A DNA stretch of 64,000 nucleotides from Myxococcales bacterium UBA1238 (GCA_002309015.1 DBWM01000011.1:15986-79985), one strand, 5' to 3'; positions 55,523 to 64,000 are shown, numbered from the stretch's first letter. Program-made: numbers and translations. The notes: generated from the sequence alone by a model not told the origin.

Positions 55523-56690
55523 CCTCTTGAAATTATTTACTTTGTTGGCTGCTTTGCTGATGCTGTCCTCGCATGTGTGGGCTTATCCGATGGGGGAGGC
55601 GGCGCGCTTTTTGGCAGGGATGGAGCTTAAGGAGGATTCGGCGGTGGCGTTGTCGAAGTCGCCGCTTTATGCGAGGCATAAGGAGCTGCTCGATCGCAGC
55701 TTTGCGCAATACATGACGAAGAATTTCGTGCCCGCGCGCGACTTTGCTTCGAAAGAGCTGAGCGATTTGGGGCACGAAGTCGTCTTTTATCCTTTTGGCG
55801 GCCCAGACATTTTAAATGCGTGCATCTTTTTGCCATCGGCCAAGACCTATATCCTGCTGGGGCTTGAAGACATCGGCGGATTGCCCGATTTGGCGGCGGA
55901 TAGCCCGGACTATGCCTTAAAAGGCCTGGAAGCCGTTCGCGGATCGCTGGTGCAGATTTTTGGGATGAACTTTTTCAGAGTTTTGTCCATGCGGCAGGAA
56001 GTGGGCAGCCATCCTTACGCGGGGGTTGCGGGCCTGATCATGATGTTCCTGAGCCGAACCGGTTATGAGGTCTTGTCGGCGCGCCGCATCGAGCTCAGTT
56101 CCAGCGGTGAGGTGATCGAGCCCACCAGCGAAAACCCTCGGGGGCTTGAGATTCAGTTCCGCATGCGCGGCGATTCACTCGTTAAAAATCTCTATTATTT
56201 CCGCGGGGATGTGTCGGATTCGGCTTTGGCAAAACGCGTGGGGCTGATCGCCTTTATCCGGAAGCAGACGGGCATGACGACGTTCTTAAAAGCCGCCTCT
56301 TATTTGATGTATGAACCTTATTTTGATGACATGCGCGCGCTGATTTTGAACGGAAGCGATGCGGTGATCGAAGACTTGTCGGGCATTCCCTATCACTATT
56401 TTGCGAGAAATGAGCGCTGGCAGGTTGCGCTTTATGGCCGCTACGACAAACCGATCGACGGTTTTAAGGATCGCTGCCAGCCCGATTTTGCGCGCGACGT
56501 GAGCCTTTTTGATCGGCCACCGCTCGATTTCTCGTTTGGGTACGAATACCGGACGGGTCAATCGCATATGCTGGTGGCGCGCAAGCGTGCAGGGGCTTAT
56601 GTGCCGCCGCCGGAGCTGGACGGTGTGGCCGATCACGGTGAGAAGACGCGTTGCAAGGGAAAGCGGGTGCAGATCGAGTTGCTTCCGTGA
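55509..56690 (+). CDS. secreted hypothetical protein
   Basis: Signal peptide LKLFTLLAALLMLSSHVWA. 393 aa. Conserved-looking YPFGGPD segment. No family recognised. Start uncertain (TTG at 55509 or 55527). Confidence 0.6.
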   Translation: MSGSNLLKLFTLLAALLMLSSHVWAYPMGEAARFLAGMELKEDSAVALSKSPLYARHKELLDRSFAQYMTKNFVPARDFASKELSDLGHEVVFYPFGGPDILNACIFLPSAKTYILLGLEDIGGLPDLAADSPDYALKGLEAVRGSLVQIFGMNFFRVLSMRQEVGSHPYAGVAGLIMMFLSRTGYEVLSARRIELSSSGEVIEPTSENPRGLEIQFRMRGDSLVKNLYYFRGDVSDSALAKRVGLIAFIRKQTGMTTFLKAASYLMYEPYFDDMRALILNGSDAVIEDLSGIPYHYFARNERWQVALYGRYDKPIDGFKDRCQPDFARDVSLFDRPPLDFSFGYEYRTGQSHMLVARKRAGAYVPPPELDGVADHGEKTRCKGKRVQIELLP

Positions 56691-56719
56691 GCGAATGATG
56701 GGAGGAGCGGGCGGCAGAT

Positions 56720-56747
56720 AAAAAAAGAGCGCTCGATGGAGCGCTCT
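56720..56747 (-). terminator. rho-independent terminator downstream of tRNA-Leu (palindrome may also stop the + strand gene)
   Basis: Minus strand reads AGAGCGCTC-CATC-GAGCGCTCT followed by TTTTTTT (A-run 56720-56726 on the plus strand). Confidence 0.7.
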
Positions 56748-56771
56748 CAAACATTCGCAAATGCGGTGAAG

Positions 56772-56855
56772 TGCCGGAGGTGGGAATCGAACCCACACAT
56801 CCTTTCGGATACTGGATTTTGAGTCCAGCGCGTCTACCTATTTCACCACTCCGGC
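56772..56855 (-). tRNA. tRNA-Leu (anticodon CAA), 84 nt, long variable arm, CCA not encoded
   Basis: Minus strand reads GCCGGAGTGGTGAAATAGGTAGACGCGCTGGACTCAAAATCCAGTATCCGAAAGGATGTGTGGGTTCGATTCCCACCTCCGGCA. Acceptor GCCGGAG/CTCCGGC. Anticodon loop CUCAAAA. T-loop GGTTCGATTCC. Confidence 0.95.
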
Positions 56856-56892
56856 GAAGGTGCGGCGTTTATAGGCCTGCATCGTTTGGGAG

Positions 56893-58761
56893 TCAACCTT
56901 TTTTATGAGGCAGATGGCCTTTTTTTCGGGGATCTCCTCCGCCTGGAGCTTTTTTCTTTAAGTTTTCGCGCATTGCGGATTCTGGCGGCACTAAACAATG
57001 GGGGCCGAATCCGATGAGATCGGCGCGTCCGGCTGCAATGAGGGCTTCGCGGGCGAGAGGTTGCTGTGCGGGATCCCAATAGAGGGCGAGGGCTTTTTGC
57101 ATGCGCTTTTCGCGGAGGCCTTTGGCCACATAGATGGGCTCCAGCGTATCGGGATCGAGGCCGGTGTAATACATGGCGGTGGCGCGGGTCATCGGCGTGG
57201 GGATGAAGTCCTGCACCTGGCGGGGGCGCAAATGGTGCGCTTTGAGCCACAACGCGAGTCTGACGGCGTCCTGCAGGCTGCAGCCGGGATGCGAGGTGAT
57301 AAAATAGGGCACGCAGAACTGATTTTTACCGCATTTGGCGCTCGCCTTTTCGAAGATTTCGCAAAAAGCTTCGTAGCGCTCCACGGGCGGCTTGCCCATC
57401 GCCGCGAGGGTTTGGGGCGCGATATGTTCGGGGGCGAGCGAAAGCTGTCCGCCCACATGGTGAGCCGCTAAATCCTCAATATACTTCGGATCTTCGGCGG
57501 CAAAGTCGTATCGAATGCCCGAGGCGATGAACGCGCGCTTGACCCCCGGATATTCGCGCACCTGCTTCATGAGTTCGCGGATTTCGTTGTGCGACGGATC
57601 CATGTTCCTGCAGCGCGTGGGGTAGAGGCAGGAGTGGCGTTTGCATCTCGTGGGGTCGGCTTTGCAGCGCTTGCAGTAAAGATCGGCCGAGGGCCCACCC
57701 AAATCGGTGATCACGCCGTCAAATCCGGGGCGCTTCTTTAACCGCTCGATTTCGTTCAGCACGCTTTTTAAAGATCGGCTCTGCACCTGCTTGCCCGCAT
57801 GCGCGGTGATGGCGCAGAACGAGCAGCCGCCGAAGCAGCCGCGCATTAAAGTGATCGAGTTCTTCACGGTTTCGAAGGCGGGGATCGATTCCTGGTAGCT
57901 CGGGTGCGGAAGGTAGCAGAAGGGGAGCGCGTAGACCTGATCCATCGAGAGATCGCCGCTGCCGTTGCCGTCGCCGTCGGCCAGTGGGGCTGCGGGGGCT
58001 TCGATCACCAGCGCGCGCTCGGCGTGCATCTGCACCAAATACTCGCCGTCATGCGGTCTCCAGCGGTGCAACTGCCCCGTCATGCGGGCAAACGCCGTTT
58101 TATCGTCGCGCACCTCCTCAAAACTGGGGAGCTTCTCGCCTTTTTCGGCGATCTCCGGGCTTTCTTTGCCGCCTGCAAGCCACGCGGTGCCGGGGATCCC
58201 GCGCAGGTTGTCGCCGGGGTTCTGTTTTAAGCGCGCAACGATCGCTTTGTAGGGCCGCTCCCCCATGCCGTAGGTGAGCAGGTCCGCTTTGGCGTCCACC
58301 AAAATCGACCGCCGCACGTTGTCCGACCAGTAATCGTAATGGGCGATGCGCCGCAAAGAGGCCTCGATGCCGCCGATGATGATCCTCGAGTCGGGATAGG
58401 CTTCGCGGCAGCGCTGGGCGTAGATGATCGTCGCGCGATCGGGGCGCATCCCCGTTTTTCCGCCGGGGGAATAGTGATCTTCCTTGCGATTTTGCTTTTG
58501 CGCGGTCAATCGATTGAGCATCGAATCCAGGTTTCCAGCGGTCACACCAAAGAAGAGGCGCGGGCGGCCAAAGCGTTTAAACGGCTCCGCTGAATGCCAG
58601 TCGGGTTGCGCGAGGATCGCGACGCGAAGCCCTAAAGACTCCAGGAATCGCCCGATCACGGCGGGTCCAAACGAAGGGTGATCGACGTAGGCGTCGCCCT
58701 GAACCAGGACCACATCTGCAGGTCCGCTGAGTTCGCTGGGATCGATCGGTAAAAAGCGCAT
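56893..58761 (-). CDS. ygiQ: YgiQ-family radical SAM protein
   Basis: MRFLPIDPSEL..VVLVQGDAYVDHPSFG..AILAQPDW N-terminus typical of YgiQ/UPF0313. Radical SAM cluster motif CFGGCSFC. Confidence 0.9.
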   Translation of the reverse strand: MRFLPIDPSELSGPADVVLVQGDAYVDHPSFGPAVIGRFLESLGLRVAILAQPDWHSAEPFKRFGRPRLFFGVTAGNLDSMLNRLTAQKQNRKEDHYSPGGKTGMRPDRATIIYAQRCREAYPDSRIIIGGIEASLRRIAHYDYWSDNVRRSILVDAKADLLTYGMGERPYKAIVARLKQNPGDNLRGIPGTAWLAGGKESPEIAEKGEKLPSFEEVRDDKTAFARMTGQLHRWRPHDGEYLVQMHAERALVIEAPAAPLADGDGNGSGDLSMDQVYALPFCYLPHPSYQESIPAFETVKNSITLMRGCFGGCSFCAITAHAGKQVQSRSLKSVLNEIERLKKRPGFDGVITDLGGPSADLYCKRCKADPTRCKRHSCLYPTRCRNMDPSHNEIRELMKQVREYPGVKRAFIASGIRYDFAAEDPKYIEDLAAHHVGGQLSLAPEHIAPQTLAAMGKPPVERYEAFCEIFEKASAKCGKNQFCVPYFITSHPGCSLQDAVRLALWLKAHHLRPRQVQDFIPTPMTRATAMYYTGLDPDTLEPIYVAKGLREKRMQKALALYWDPAQQPLAREALIAAGRADLIGFGPHCLVPPESAMRENLKKKAPGGGDPRKKGHLPHKKG

Positions 58762-59961
58762 TTAAATCTCGGCTACTTTTCGAGTGATCAGGGTTTTGAG
58801 TTCCGCAACCGCGCGCGCAAAGAGATCGGGTTCGATGAGCAGGCTCACCACCGCAAACGCCTCGCGTTCAAAGTCGTAAAGCCAGCCGGGTTGCACCAGG
58901 ATCCCCAGATCCAAAAGCTGCGAAATCCATTGATCCTCGGACTGGATGCGAGGGAGCTCGATGACCGCAGTCCAGCCGCCTTCGGTGCGGCGAACGCTCG
59001 CGGCGGTTTGCTGAAGGTTTTCTTTTAAGACAGCCAGGTTCCTTGCGCAGCGTTCCGCGATCTCTTTGCGCACGACGTCGCCCTCTTTTAAGAAGCGAGG
59101 CAGGGCGAGCTGCACGGGGGTGCTGACCGAAAGATAGGTATCGGCGATCAATTCCAGGCGAGCGAGGGCTTCTTCCACGAGATCATCGGGGCCGCAGACG
59201 ACCGTCCAGCCGAGTTTCATTTGAGGCAGGCCCACCTGTTTGGAAAGGCCGCCGAGCACAAAGCAAAGGCATTTGGGATTCAGATCCAGCAGGCTTTCGA
59301 TGCGGTCTTCATCCTCTGCACCTTCCAGAGCATAGGGCGCAAAGACTTCATCGCAGATGATCGGCAGGCCCAGGGCTTCCAAATGCGCAAAATCATTTGC
59401 ATGCAAATAATGCCCCGTCGGGTTGTTGGGGCTGACCGCCAGGATCGCGCGGGTTTTGGGCCCCGGAATTAAGGTCCCCGAATCCACATACCAGGCGTCG
59501 TCGTAGGCCAAACGGTAGGATCTTAAGCTTAAGCCCTCGAGGCGGGCCAGATGTTCGAAGAGCGGGTAGCTCGGGCTTGGGGCCATCACGTCGTCGCCGC
59601 AGTTGCCGCCGTCGGAGAGCAGTTTGAACAGCCAGCTGTAGGCTTCGCTCGTGCTCGCAGAGAGGACGATCCGCCGCCAGTCGACTGCGCGCGCCGGTTT
59701 TTTGCCTGTAGCCGGTCTCGAGAGGCTTTCGGCCACCGCTTTTCGGGCTTCGATCGAGCCAAAGGGCGCGGGGTTGTAGCGCAGATCGTCTTTGGTCGAG
59801 AGCGCGGTGAGCATCGGTTCCGGATAAGAGAGGCCCACCCGCGTGGGGTTGCTGACGCTCAGGTCGGCCCAAATCTGCCCCGACCGCCGCATTTCGGTGA
59901 TCTTTTGGCTGAGCTGGTTCTGCTGGTGATCAAAGTCGCTTCTTCGCGAAAAAAGGCTCAT
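58762..59961 (-). CDS. PLP-dependent aminotransferase, class I/II
   Basis: ATG at 59961 (MSLFSRRSDFDHQQN..). SPNNPTG. Lys motif GGLSKQVGLPQMKLGW. The upstream 86 codons of the listed ORF are Pro/Arg/Lys-rich and look non-coding. Confidence 0.85.
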   Translation of the reverse strand: MSLFSRRSDFDHQQNQLSQKITEMRRSGQIWADLSVSNPTRVGLSYPEPMLTALSTKDDLRYNPAPFGSIEARKAVAESLSRPATGKKPARAVDWRRIVLSASTSEAYSWLFKLLSDGGNCGDDVMAPSPSYPLFEHLARLEGLSLRSYRLAYDDAWYVDSGTLIPGPKTRAILAVSPNNPTGHYLHANDFAHLEALGLPIICDEVFAPYALEGAEDEDRIESLLDLNPKCLCFVLGGLSKQVGLPQMKLGWTVVCGPDDLVEEALARLELIADTYLSVSTPVQLALPRFLKEGDVVRKEIAERCARNLAVLKENLQQTAASVRRTEGGWTAVIELPRIQSEDQWISQLLDLGILVQPGWLYDFEREAFAVVSLLIEPDLFARAVAELKTLITRKVAEI

Positions 59962-60249
59962 CGTTCGCTCTCGTTTGGGCCGTCTCCCCGGGCGGCAGTT
60001 TTTCGGGCAGTCTATGGCGTTTTTGCGGGGCTTTTTCAATGGATTGGGGGCCTGCGCGGGCTTTTTGGGGGGCAGATTTCGGGTGAGAATTGCGGGCCTT
60101 TGGGCGATCCGCCACTTTGGGCGCCAAAGGATCGCCTGATTTTTGGGCCCGATCCCTGCGGCGGCGGCCCGCTTTGATGCGTGACCTTCGATGCAGGCTG
60201 TGGCAAACTTGCGGCGCATTTTGGCAAAGGGGTCGTGTGAGGAATCGTC

Positions 60250-61278
60250 ATGAAGTTACCAGGTCGAAACGAGCCTTGCTGGTGTGGCAGCGGTAAAAAA
60301 TACAAGCAATGTCATCTCGATTCGGATGCGCGCGGAGAAACGGCGCCACCCGCGTTGCTGGCAGAGCAGGAAGAAGAGAGCAGGCGGGCTGCAAATCGCA
60401 TCATGCCGGGCCGGATTTCTCCCGAGCGTCCAGTGCCGCCAGAGATCGTTCGCCCGCCTTACGTGGGGGGAACAAGGCCCAAAGGTCGAAGCTGTTTAAA
60501 GCGTCCTGAAGAGATTCCGGCGATGCGGGCTGCCTGTGCAGCTGCGCGGAAAGTATTGGATGCGGTCGTGCTTGCAGCCAAAGCGGGGGTGACGACCGAC
60601 GAGCTCGATCGGGTGGCTCACGAAGAAACGATCAAATTGGGCGCCTATCCGAGCTGCCTCAAATATTGCGGTTACCCGAAGTCCATCTGCACGTCGCTGA
60701 ACGAAGTCATCTGTCACGGGATCCCCGACGATCGTCCCTTGAAGGACGGCGATATTTTGAACTGCGACATGACCGTTTACCTGAACGGCTACCACGGCGA
60801 CTGCAACGAGACCATTTTTATCGGCAAGCCCGACGCCGAATCCCTAAAGCTCGTCCGCTGCGCCTATGACTGCATGATGGCAGGCATCGAGGCCGTCCGC
60901 CCCGGCAGAAACTTCAACGTCATCGGCTCGGCCATCGAGGCGCGCGCCGAAAAGGATCACTTCAGCGTGGTCCGCGACTACACCGGCCACGGGATCGGCG
61001 CCGATTTCCACATGTCGCCCGCCGTCTTCCATTATTTCGATCGCTACAGCCGCGCGATCATCGAGGAAGGGATGACCTTCACCGTGGAACCGATGATCAA
61101 CGTCGGCACCTGGCGCTGCAAGATCTGGAACGATCAATGGACCACCGTCACCGCCGACTTAAAGCGCTCCGCCCAATTTGAGCACACCATCTTAGTGACC
61201 AAAAACGGCGCCGAAATTTTAACGGGCAGCGACCAGACGCCGTATTTCAAGAAGCAATTGAAAGAGTGGGGCCTGTAA
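60250..61278 (+). CDS. map: type I methionine aminopeptidase with N-terminal SEC-C zinc motif (copy 1)
   Basis: SEC-C CWCGSGKKYKQCH. MetAP core ..EVICHGIPDDRPLKDGDILNCDMTVYLNGYHGDCNET.. and ..YTGHGIG..H...EPM.. Confidence 0.95.
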   Translation: MKLPGRNEPCWCGSGKKYKQCHLDSDARGETAPPALLAEQEEESRRAANRIMPGRISPERPVPPEIVRPPYVGGTRPKGRSCLKRPEEIPAMRAACAAARKVLDAVVLAAKAGVTTDELDRVAHEETIKLGAYPSCLKYCGYPKSICTSLNEVICHGIPDDRPLKDGDILNCDMTVYLNGYHGDCNETIFIGKPDAESLKLVRCAYDCMMAGIEAVRPGRNFNVIGSAIEARAEKDHFSVVRDYTGHGIGADFHMSPAVFHYFDRYSRAIIEEGMTFTVEPMINVGTWRCKIWNDQWTTVTADLKRSAQFEHTILVTKNGAEILTGSDQTPYFKKQLKEWGL

Positions 61279-61389
61279 TTTTTTGGGACGCTCTGCTTCT
61301 GTTCAGAAAACTTCCTTTCTTTTTTCTTCTTTAATCAGGGAAATTCTTTTTAGAGGGTCTTTTGGGGTCGAGAGGTTTGGCTGAATTTT

Positions 61390-61431
61390 GAGGATGATCG
61401 AGCAATTTTTGGAGATCATCCTCGGATTTTT
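61390..61431 (+). terminator. candidate rho-independent terminator downstream of map copy 1
   Basis: GAGGATGATC (61390-61399) / GATCATCCTC (61414-61423) stem, then GGATTTTT. Confidence 0.55.
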
Positions 61432-61539
61432 GCTGATCTTTCTGGTTTTGATTGGAGATCCTTTTGGGGGAATACTCAAGGATCTCTTGTTTTCGATGGA
61501 CCATTTTCACTTCATAAGGACTTATCTAGGGCGATAAAA

Positions 61540-61623
61540 GAAACCCCTCGTTCCGAACGAGCGGTTTCTCCATCTCACTGCACCCTCAGCTCTTCCGCCG
61601 TACGGCCGGGGGCGGCCTGGACT
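61540..61623 (+). repeat. conserved non-coding module A (copy 1): hairpin plus ~55 nt
   Basis: GAAACCCCTCGTTCCGAACGAGCGGTTTCTCCATCTCACTGCACCCTCAGCTCTTCCGCCGTACGGCC aligns with the reverse complement of 63880-63970, with compensatory changes in the stem. Confidence 0.6.
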
Positions 61624-61913
61624 TTGAGGATGGCAGAAAGATCCTGTGCCGTCCCCTGGACCCGAGGGAGATCTCTTTTGGAGGGAGCCTGAGGATCGGA
61701 GATCCGGAGAGGGTCCCAGGTCTTCCTCGCTCCGCTCGTCAGAGGCAGGGCCCCTACGGGAGCTTTCCATGGCAGGGGGGGTGAACTTCGGGGATCATTG
61801 AGTATTTTGAACAGATGGGATATTGAAATTAAGCGATCCATTGAAATCAACTCTCGATGGAAAATGAGTTGAGCAAGATCATGGACTCTCAAGTACACAG
61901 TAAGCGGAAAGCT

Positions 61914-61993
61914 GTCCCCACCGGGGAAGGTGTCACGGCGAAGCCGGGAGGGAAGGGGACTCCCAACTCAGGTGAGGCCTCGATGACTGAGGG
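61914..61993 (+). repeat. conserved non-coding module B (copy 1), 80 nt
   Basis: GTCCCC....GGTGYCACGGCGAAGCCG.GA.GGAAGGGGA.T.......GGTGAGGCCTCGATG: 60/80 identical (ungapped hand alignment) to 63390-63469, in the same orientation. Confidence 0.6.
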
Positions 61994-62146
61994 TTACAAC
62001 TCGATCCATCGTAAAAATCGTACCCTAATCCAGCTTTACAACCTTCCTTCCTGACGATGCGCGCCCTGATTTGAGGCGTGAACTTCGATGCAGGCTGTGG
62101 CAAACTGAAGGTCCTCTTGAGCAAAAATGTTGTGTGAGGAGTCGTC

Positions 62147-63178
62147 ATGAAATTACCCGGTCGAAACGAGCCTTGTTGGTGTGGGAGCGGTAAAAAATAC
62201 AAGCAATGCCATCTCGATTCGGATGCGCGCGGAGAGACGGCGCCGCCTGCGTTGCTCGCGGAGCAGGCTGAAGAGAGCAGGCGGGCTGCAAACCGCATCA
62301 TGCCAGGCCGGATTTCACCCGAGCGTCCAGTGCCGCAAGCGATCGTCCGCCCGTCTTATGTGGGGGGAGGCCGCCCCAAACGGAAAAGTTGTCTGAAACG
62401 CCCTGAAGAGATTCCGGCGATGCGGAAAGCCTGTGAGGCGGCGCGGAAAGTCTTGGATGCGGTCGTTCTTGCAGCCAAAGTGGGGGTGACGACCGACGAG
62501 CTCGATCGGGTGGCGCACGAGGAAACTTTAAAGTTGGGCGCCTATCCGAGCTGCCTCAAATATTGCGGTTACCCGAAGTCCATCTGCACGTCGCTGAACG
62601 AAGTCATCTGTCACGGGATCCCCGACGATCGCCCCCTGAAGGACGGCGATATTTTAAACTGCGACATGACCGTTTACTTAAATGGCTACCACGGCGACTG
62701 CAACGAGACCCTTTTTATTGGAAAGCCCGACGAAGAATCCTTAAAACTCGTCCGCTGCGCCTATGACTGCATGATGGCGGGCATCGAGGCCGTCCGCCCC
62801 GGCAGAAACTTCAACGTCATCGGGGCAGCCATCGAGGCGCGCGCCGAGAAGGATCACTTCAGCGTGGTCCGCGATTACACCGGCCACGGGATCGGCGCTG
62901 ATTTTCACATGCTGCCCGACGTCTACCATTTTTTCGATCGCTACAGCCGCGCGATCATCGAGGAAGGGATGACGTTCACCGTGGAGCCGATGATCAACGC
63001 CGGCACCTGGAAATGCAAGATCTGGAACGACAACTGGACCACCGTCACCGCCGACTTAAAGCGCTCCGCTCAGTTTGAGCACACCATCTTAGTGACCAAA
63101 AACGGCGCCGAAATTTTAACGGGCAGCGATCAGACGCCGTATTTCAAGAAGCAGCTCCAGGAATGGGGGATCAAGTAA
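62147..63178 (+). CDS. map: type I methionine aminopeptidase with SEC-C motif (copy 2, tandem paralog)
   Basis: Collinear with copy 1 over the full length, with only scattered substitutions (clearly >90% aa identity by eye). About 70 bp of upstream sequence is also shared (CTTCGATGCAGGCTGTGGCAAACT). Confidence 0.95.
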   Translation: MKLPGRNEPCWCGSGKKYKQCHLDSDARGETAPPALLAEQAEESRRAANRIMPGRISPERPVPQAIVRPSYVGGGRPKRKSCLKRPEEIPAMRKACEAARKVLDAVVLAAKVGVTTDELDRVAHEETLKLGAYPSCLKYCGYPKSICTSLNEVICHGIPDDRPLKDGDILNCDMTVYLNGYHGDCNETLFIGKPDEESLKLVRCAYDCMMAGIEAVRPGRNFNVIGAAIEARAEKDHFSVVRDYTGHGIGADFHMLPDVYHFFDRYSRAIIEEGMTFTVEPMINAGTWKCKIWNDNWTTVTADLKRSAQFEHTILVTKNGAEILTGSDQTPYFKKQLQEWGIK

Positions 63179-63389
63179 CCCCCATTCCCCCCCTCTCCGC
63201 TCTGGAGCATGATCTCTCTTTCTGAAAACATCCGCGGTTGTTCCTTATATATCCATAAAATTTCACAATCAGTTTTCCTTATCAAATGAGGTGATCTGCT
63301 TGAAATAAAGAATGATCTACAAATTTGTAAGGAATCTGAACGCCTCGATTAGGAAGTCATCTTTCTAAATAAAGAGGATCTGAAAAGTC

Positions 63390-63469
63390 GTCCCCGTAGG
63401 TGTTGGTGCCACGGCGAAGCCGTGACGGAAGGGGAGTCTGCATGCGGGTGAGGCCTCGATGGGGGAGGA
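63390..63469 (+). repeat. conserved non-coding module B (copy 2)
   Basis: See 61914-61993. Contains the hairpin CACGG-CGAAG-CCGTG. Confidence 0.6.
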
Positions 63470-63879
63470 TTGCGGCGAGATCTTCGTTCAAATTCGAAGC
63501 CTGCCTTTGATTTACAAGTCCCCTTCCGGCCGCTGCGCGGCCACCTTCCCCGGGGGGGACGGCTTTACCATCTCTTTCATTTAGATGATCCTGACCTGAT
63601 CGTAGCTCATGAAATAAAATCTCGAAACATCTTCCAGAGATCCCCCAATCATCCAAAGATGCCGCGAGACATCCCCCAAAGATCTCCCATCGGCGCAGCG
63701 AATTCAGAGGATCCCCCAGCTTAAACCGATCCTGCGCCCCAGGAATCCAGACGCAGTTTTGTGGGGGAGCTGAAAGCTCACCTGCAAAACTGCATCTCCC
63801 GTCTCTCACGATGCCCCGGGAGGAAAAAAAGGCAGGCATCGGCGCTCTTCGCCGATGCCGTGTAGTTGTCCTTTGGGGA

Positions 63880-63970
63880 GGTCCGGAGGGCGCGAGCCCT
63901 CCGCCGTCAGGGGAAGAGGGAAGAGTGCAGAGAGGGTGAGAAACCCCCGCCCCGGAAGCGGGGGTGTCTC
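63880..63970 (-). repeat. conserved non-coding module A (copy 2, inverted relative to copy 1)
   Basis: The reverse complement CCCCCGCTTCCGGGGCGGGGGTTTCTCACCCTCTCTGCACTCTTCCCTCTTCCCCTGACGGC aligns with 61545-61610. Confidence 0.6.
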
Positions 63971-64000
63971 ATCCTCTTTGCAAAAGAAATCTTGGTTTTC

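Noticed and set aside
58762-60219. 485-aa version of the aminotransferase ORF
   Set aside because: The first 86 codons are Pro/Lys/Arg-rich and lie in the divergent intergenic region with map. The aminotransferase homology starts at the ATG at 59961.
61914-61993. Riboswitch assignment (guanidine-I/ykkC-like ACGG.G..AAGCC.GGGAG, cobalamin, c-di-GMP) for module B upstream of map copy 2
   Set aside because: It has only a short partial resemblance and lacks the other conserved halves of those motifs. The second copy lies downstream of a gene rather than in a 5' leader.
63357-63839. 160-aa minus-strand ORF, and 61522..61898 minus-strand ORFs, in the map-flanking spacers
   Set aside because: No reading frame is conserved between the two homologous spacer copies, the composition is Arg/Gly/Pro-rich, and the ORFs overlap the conserved structured modules.

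Overview
This is a bacterial chromosomal window that is moderately GC-rich, visibly GATC-rich and densely coding. No rRNA, CRISPR array, transposase or integrase was seen. Content by position follows.
- (a) 1-10.8 kb: an Omp85/BamA-like outer-membrane protein, two paralogous acidic lipoproteins, an MFS transporter and a Zn-ribbon SDR. These genes are separated by unusual non-coding arrays of 42-43-bp tandem repeats.
- (b) 10.8-15.9 kb: three tandem paralogs of a lipoprotein. Each fuses a papain-like (C1) cysteine peptidase to Cys/Asp-rich repeats and a proprotein-convertase P-domain.
- (c) 16-22.9 kb: mutM, two SAM methyltransferases, an NhaC-type antiporter, a frameshifted flavodoxin-like gene, a flavin-reductase-like lipoprotein and a hypothetical protein.
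- (d) 23.2-34.0 kb: a co-oriented, tightly packed defence island on the minus strand. It holds a Septu-like PtuA/PtuB pair, a SEFIR/TIR-domain protein with an unassigned C-terminal domain, and a type I R-M operon (hsdR-hsdM-rhuM-vbhA-fic-hsdS) with ATGA-type start/stop overlaps.
- (e) 34.1-38.5 kb: an OmpR-type response regulator and histidine kinase, a SixA-like phosphatase, a GNAT and a stand-alone Hpt protein.
- (f) 38.5-45.5 kb: a complete Na+-NQR cluster, nqrABCDEF-apbE-nqrM.
- (g) 45.5-56.7 kb: a large membrane protein, hypotheticals, a deoxynucleoside kinase, a 1270-aa EGF-repeat/S8-subtilase/FGE-sulfatase lipoprotein, a TPR-sulfotransferase and a secreted unknown.
- (h) 56.7-64 kb: tRNA-Leu(CAA), ygiQ, an aminotransferase, and two tandem SEC-C-type methionine aminopeptidase genes flanked by conserved non-coding modules.
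The best candidate for something undescribed is the TIR-domain gene that starts 17 nt after hsdS, between the R-M operon and Septu. Secondary candidates are the C1-peptidase/P-domain triplet, the EGF/S8/FGE protein, the 43-bp repeat arrays and the non-coding modules around map. The secretome architecture plus Na+-NQR suggests a Myxococcota/Bdellovibrionota-like Gram-negative host, but that is only an inference. All calls come from reading the sequence and ORF translations by eye; no database search was run.
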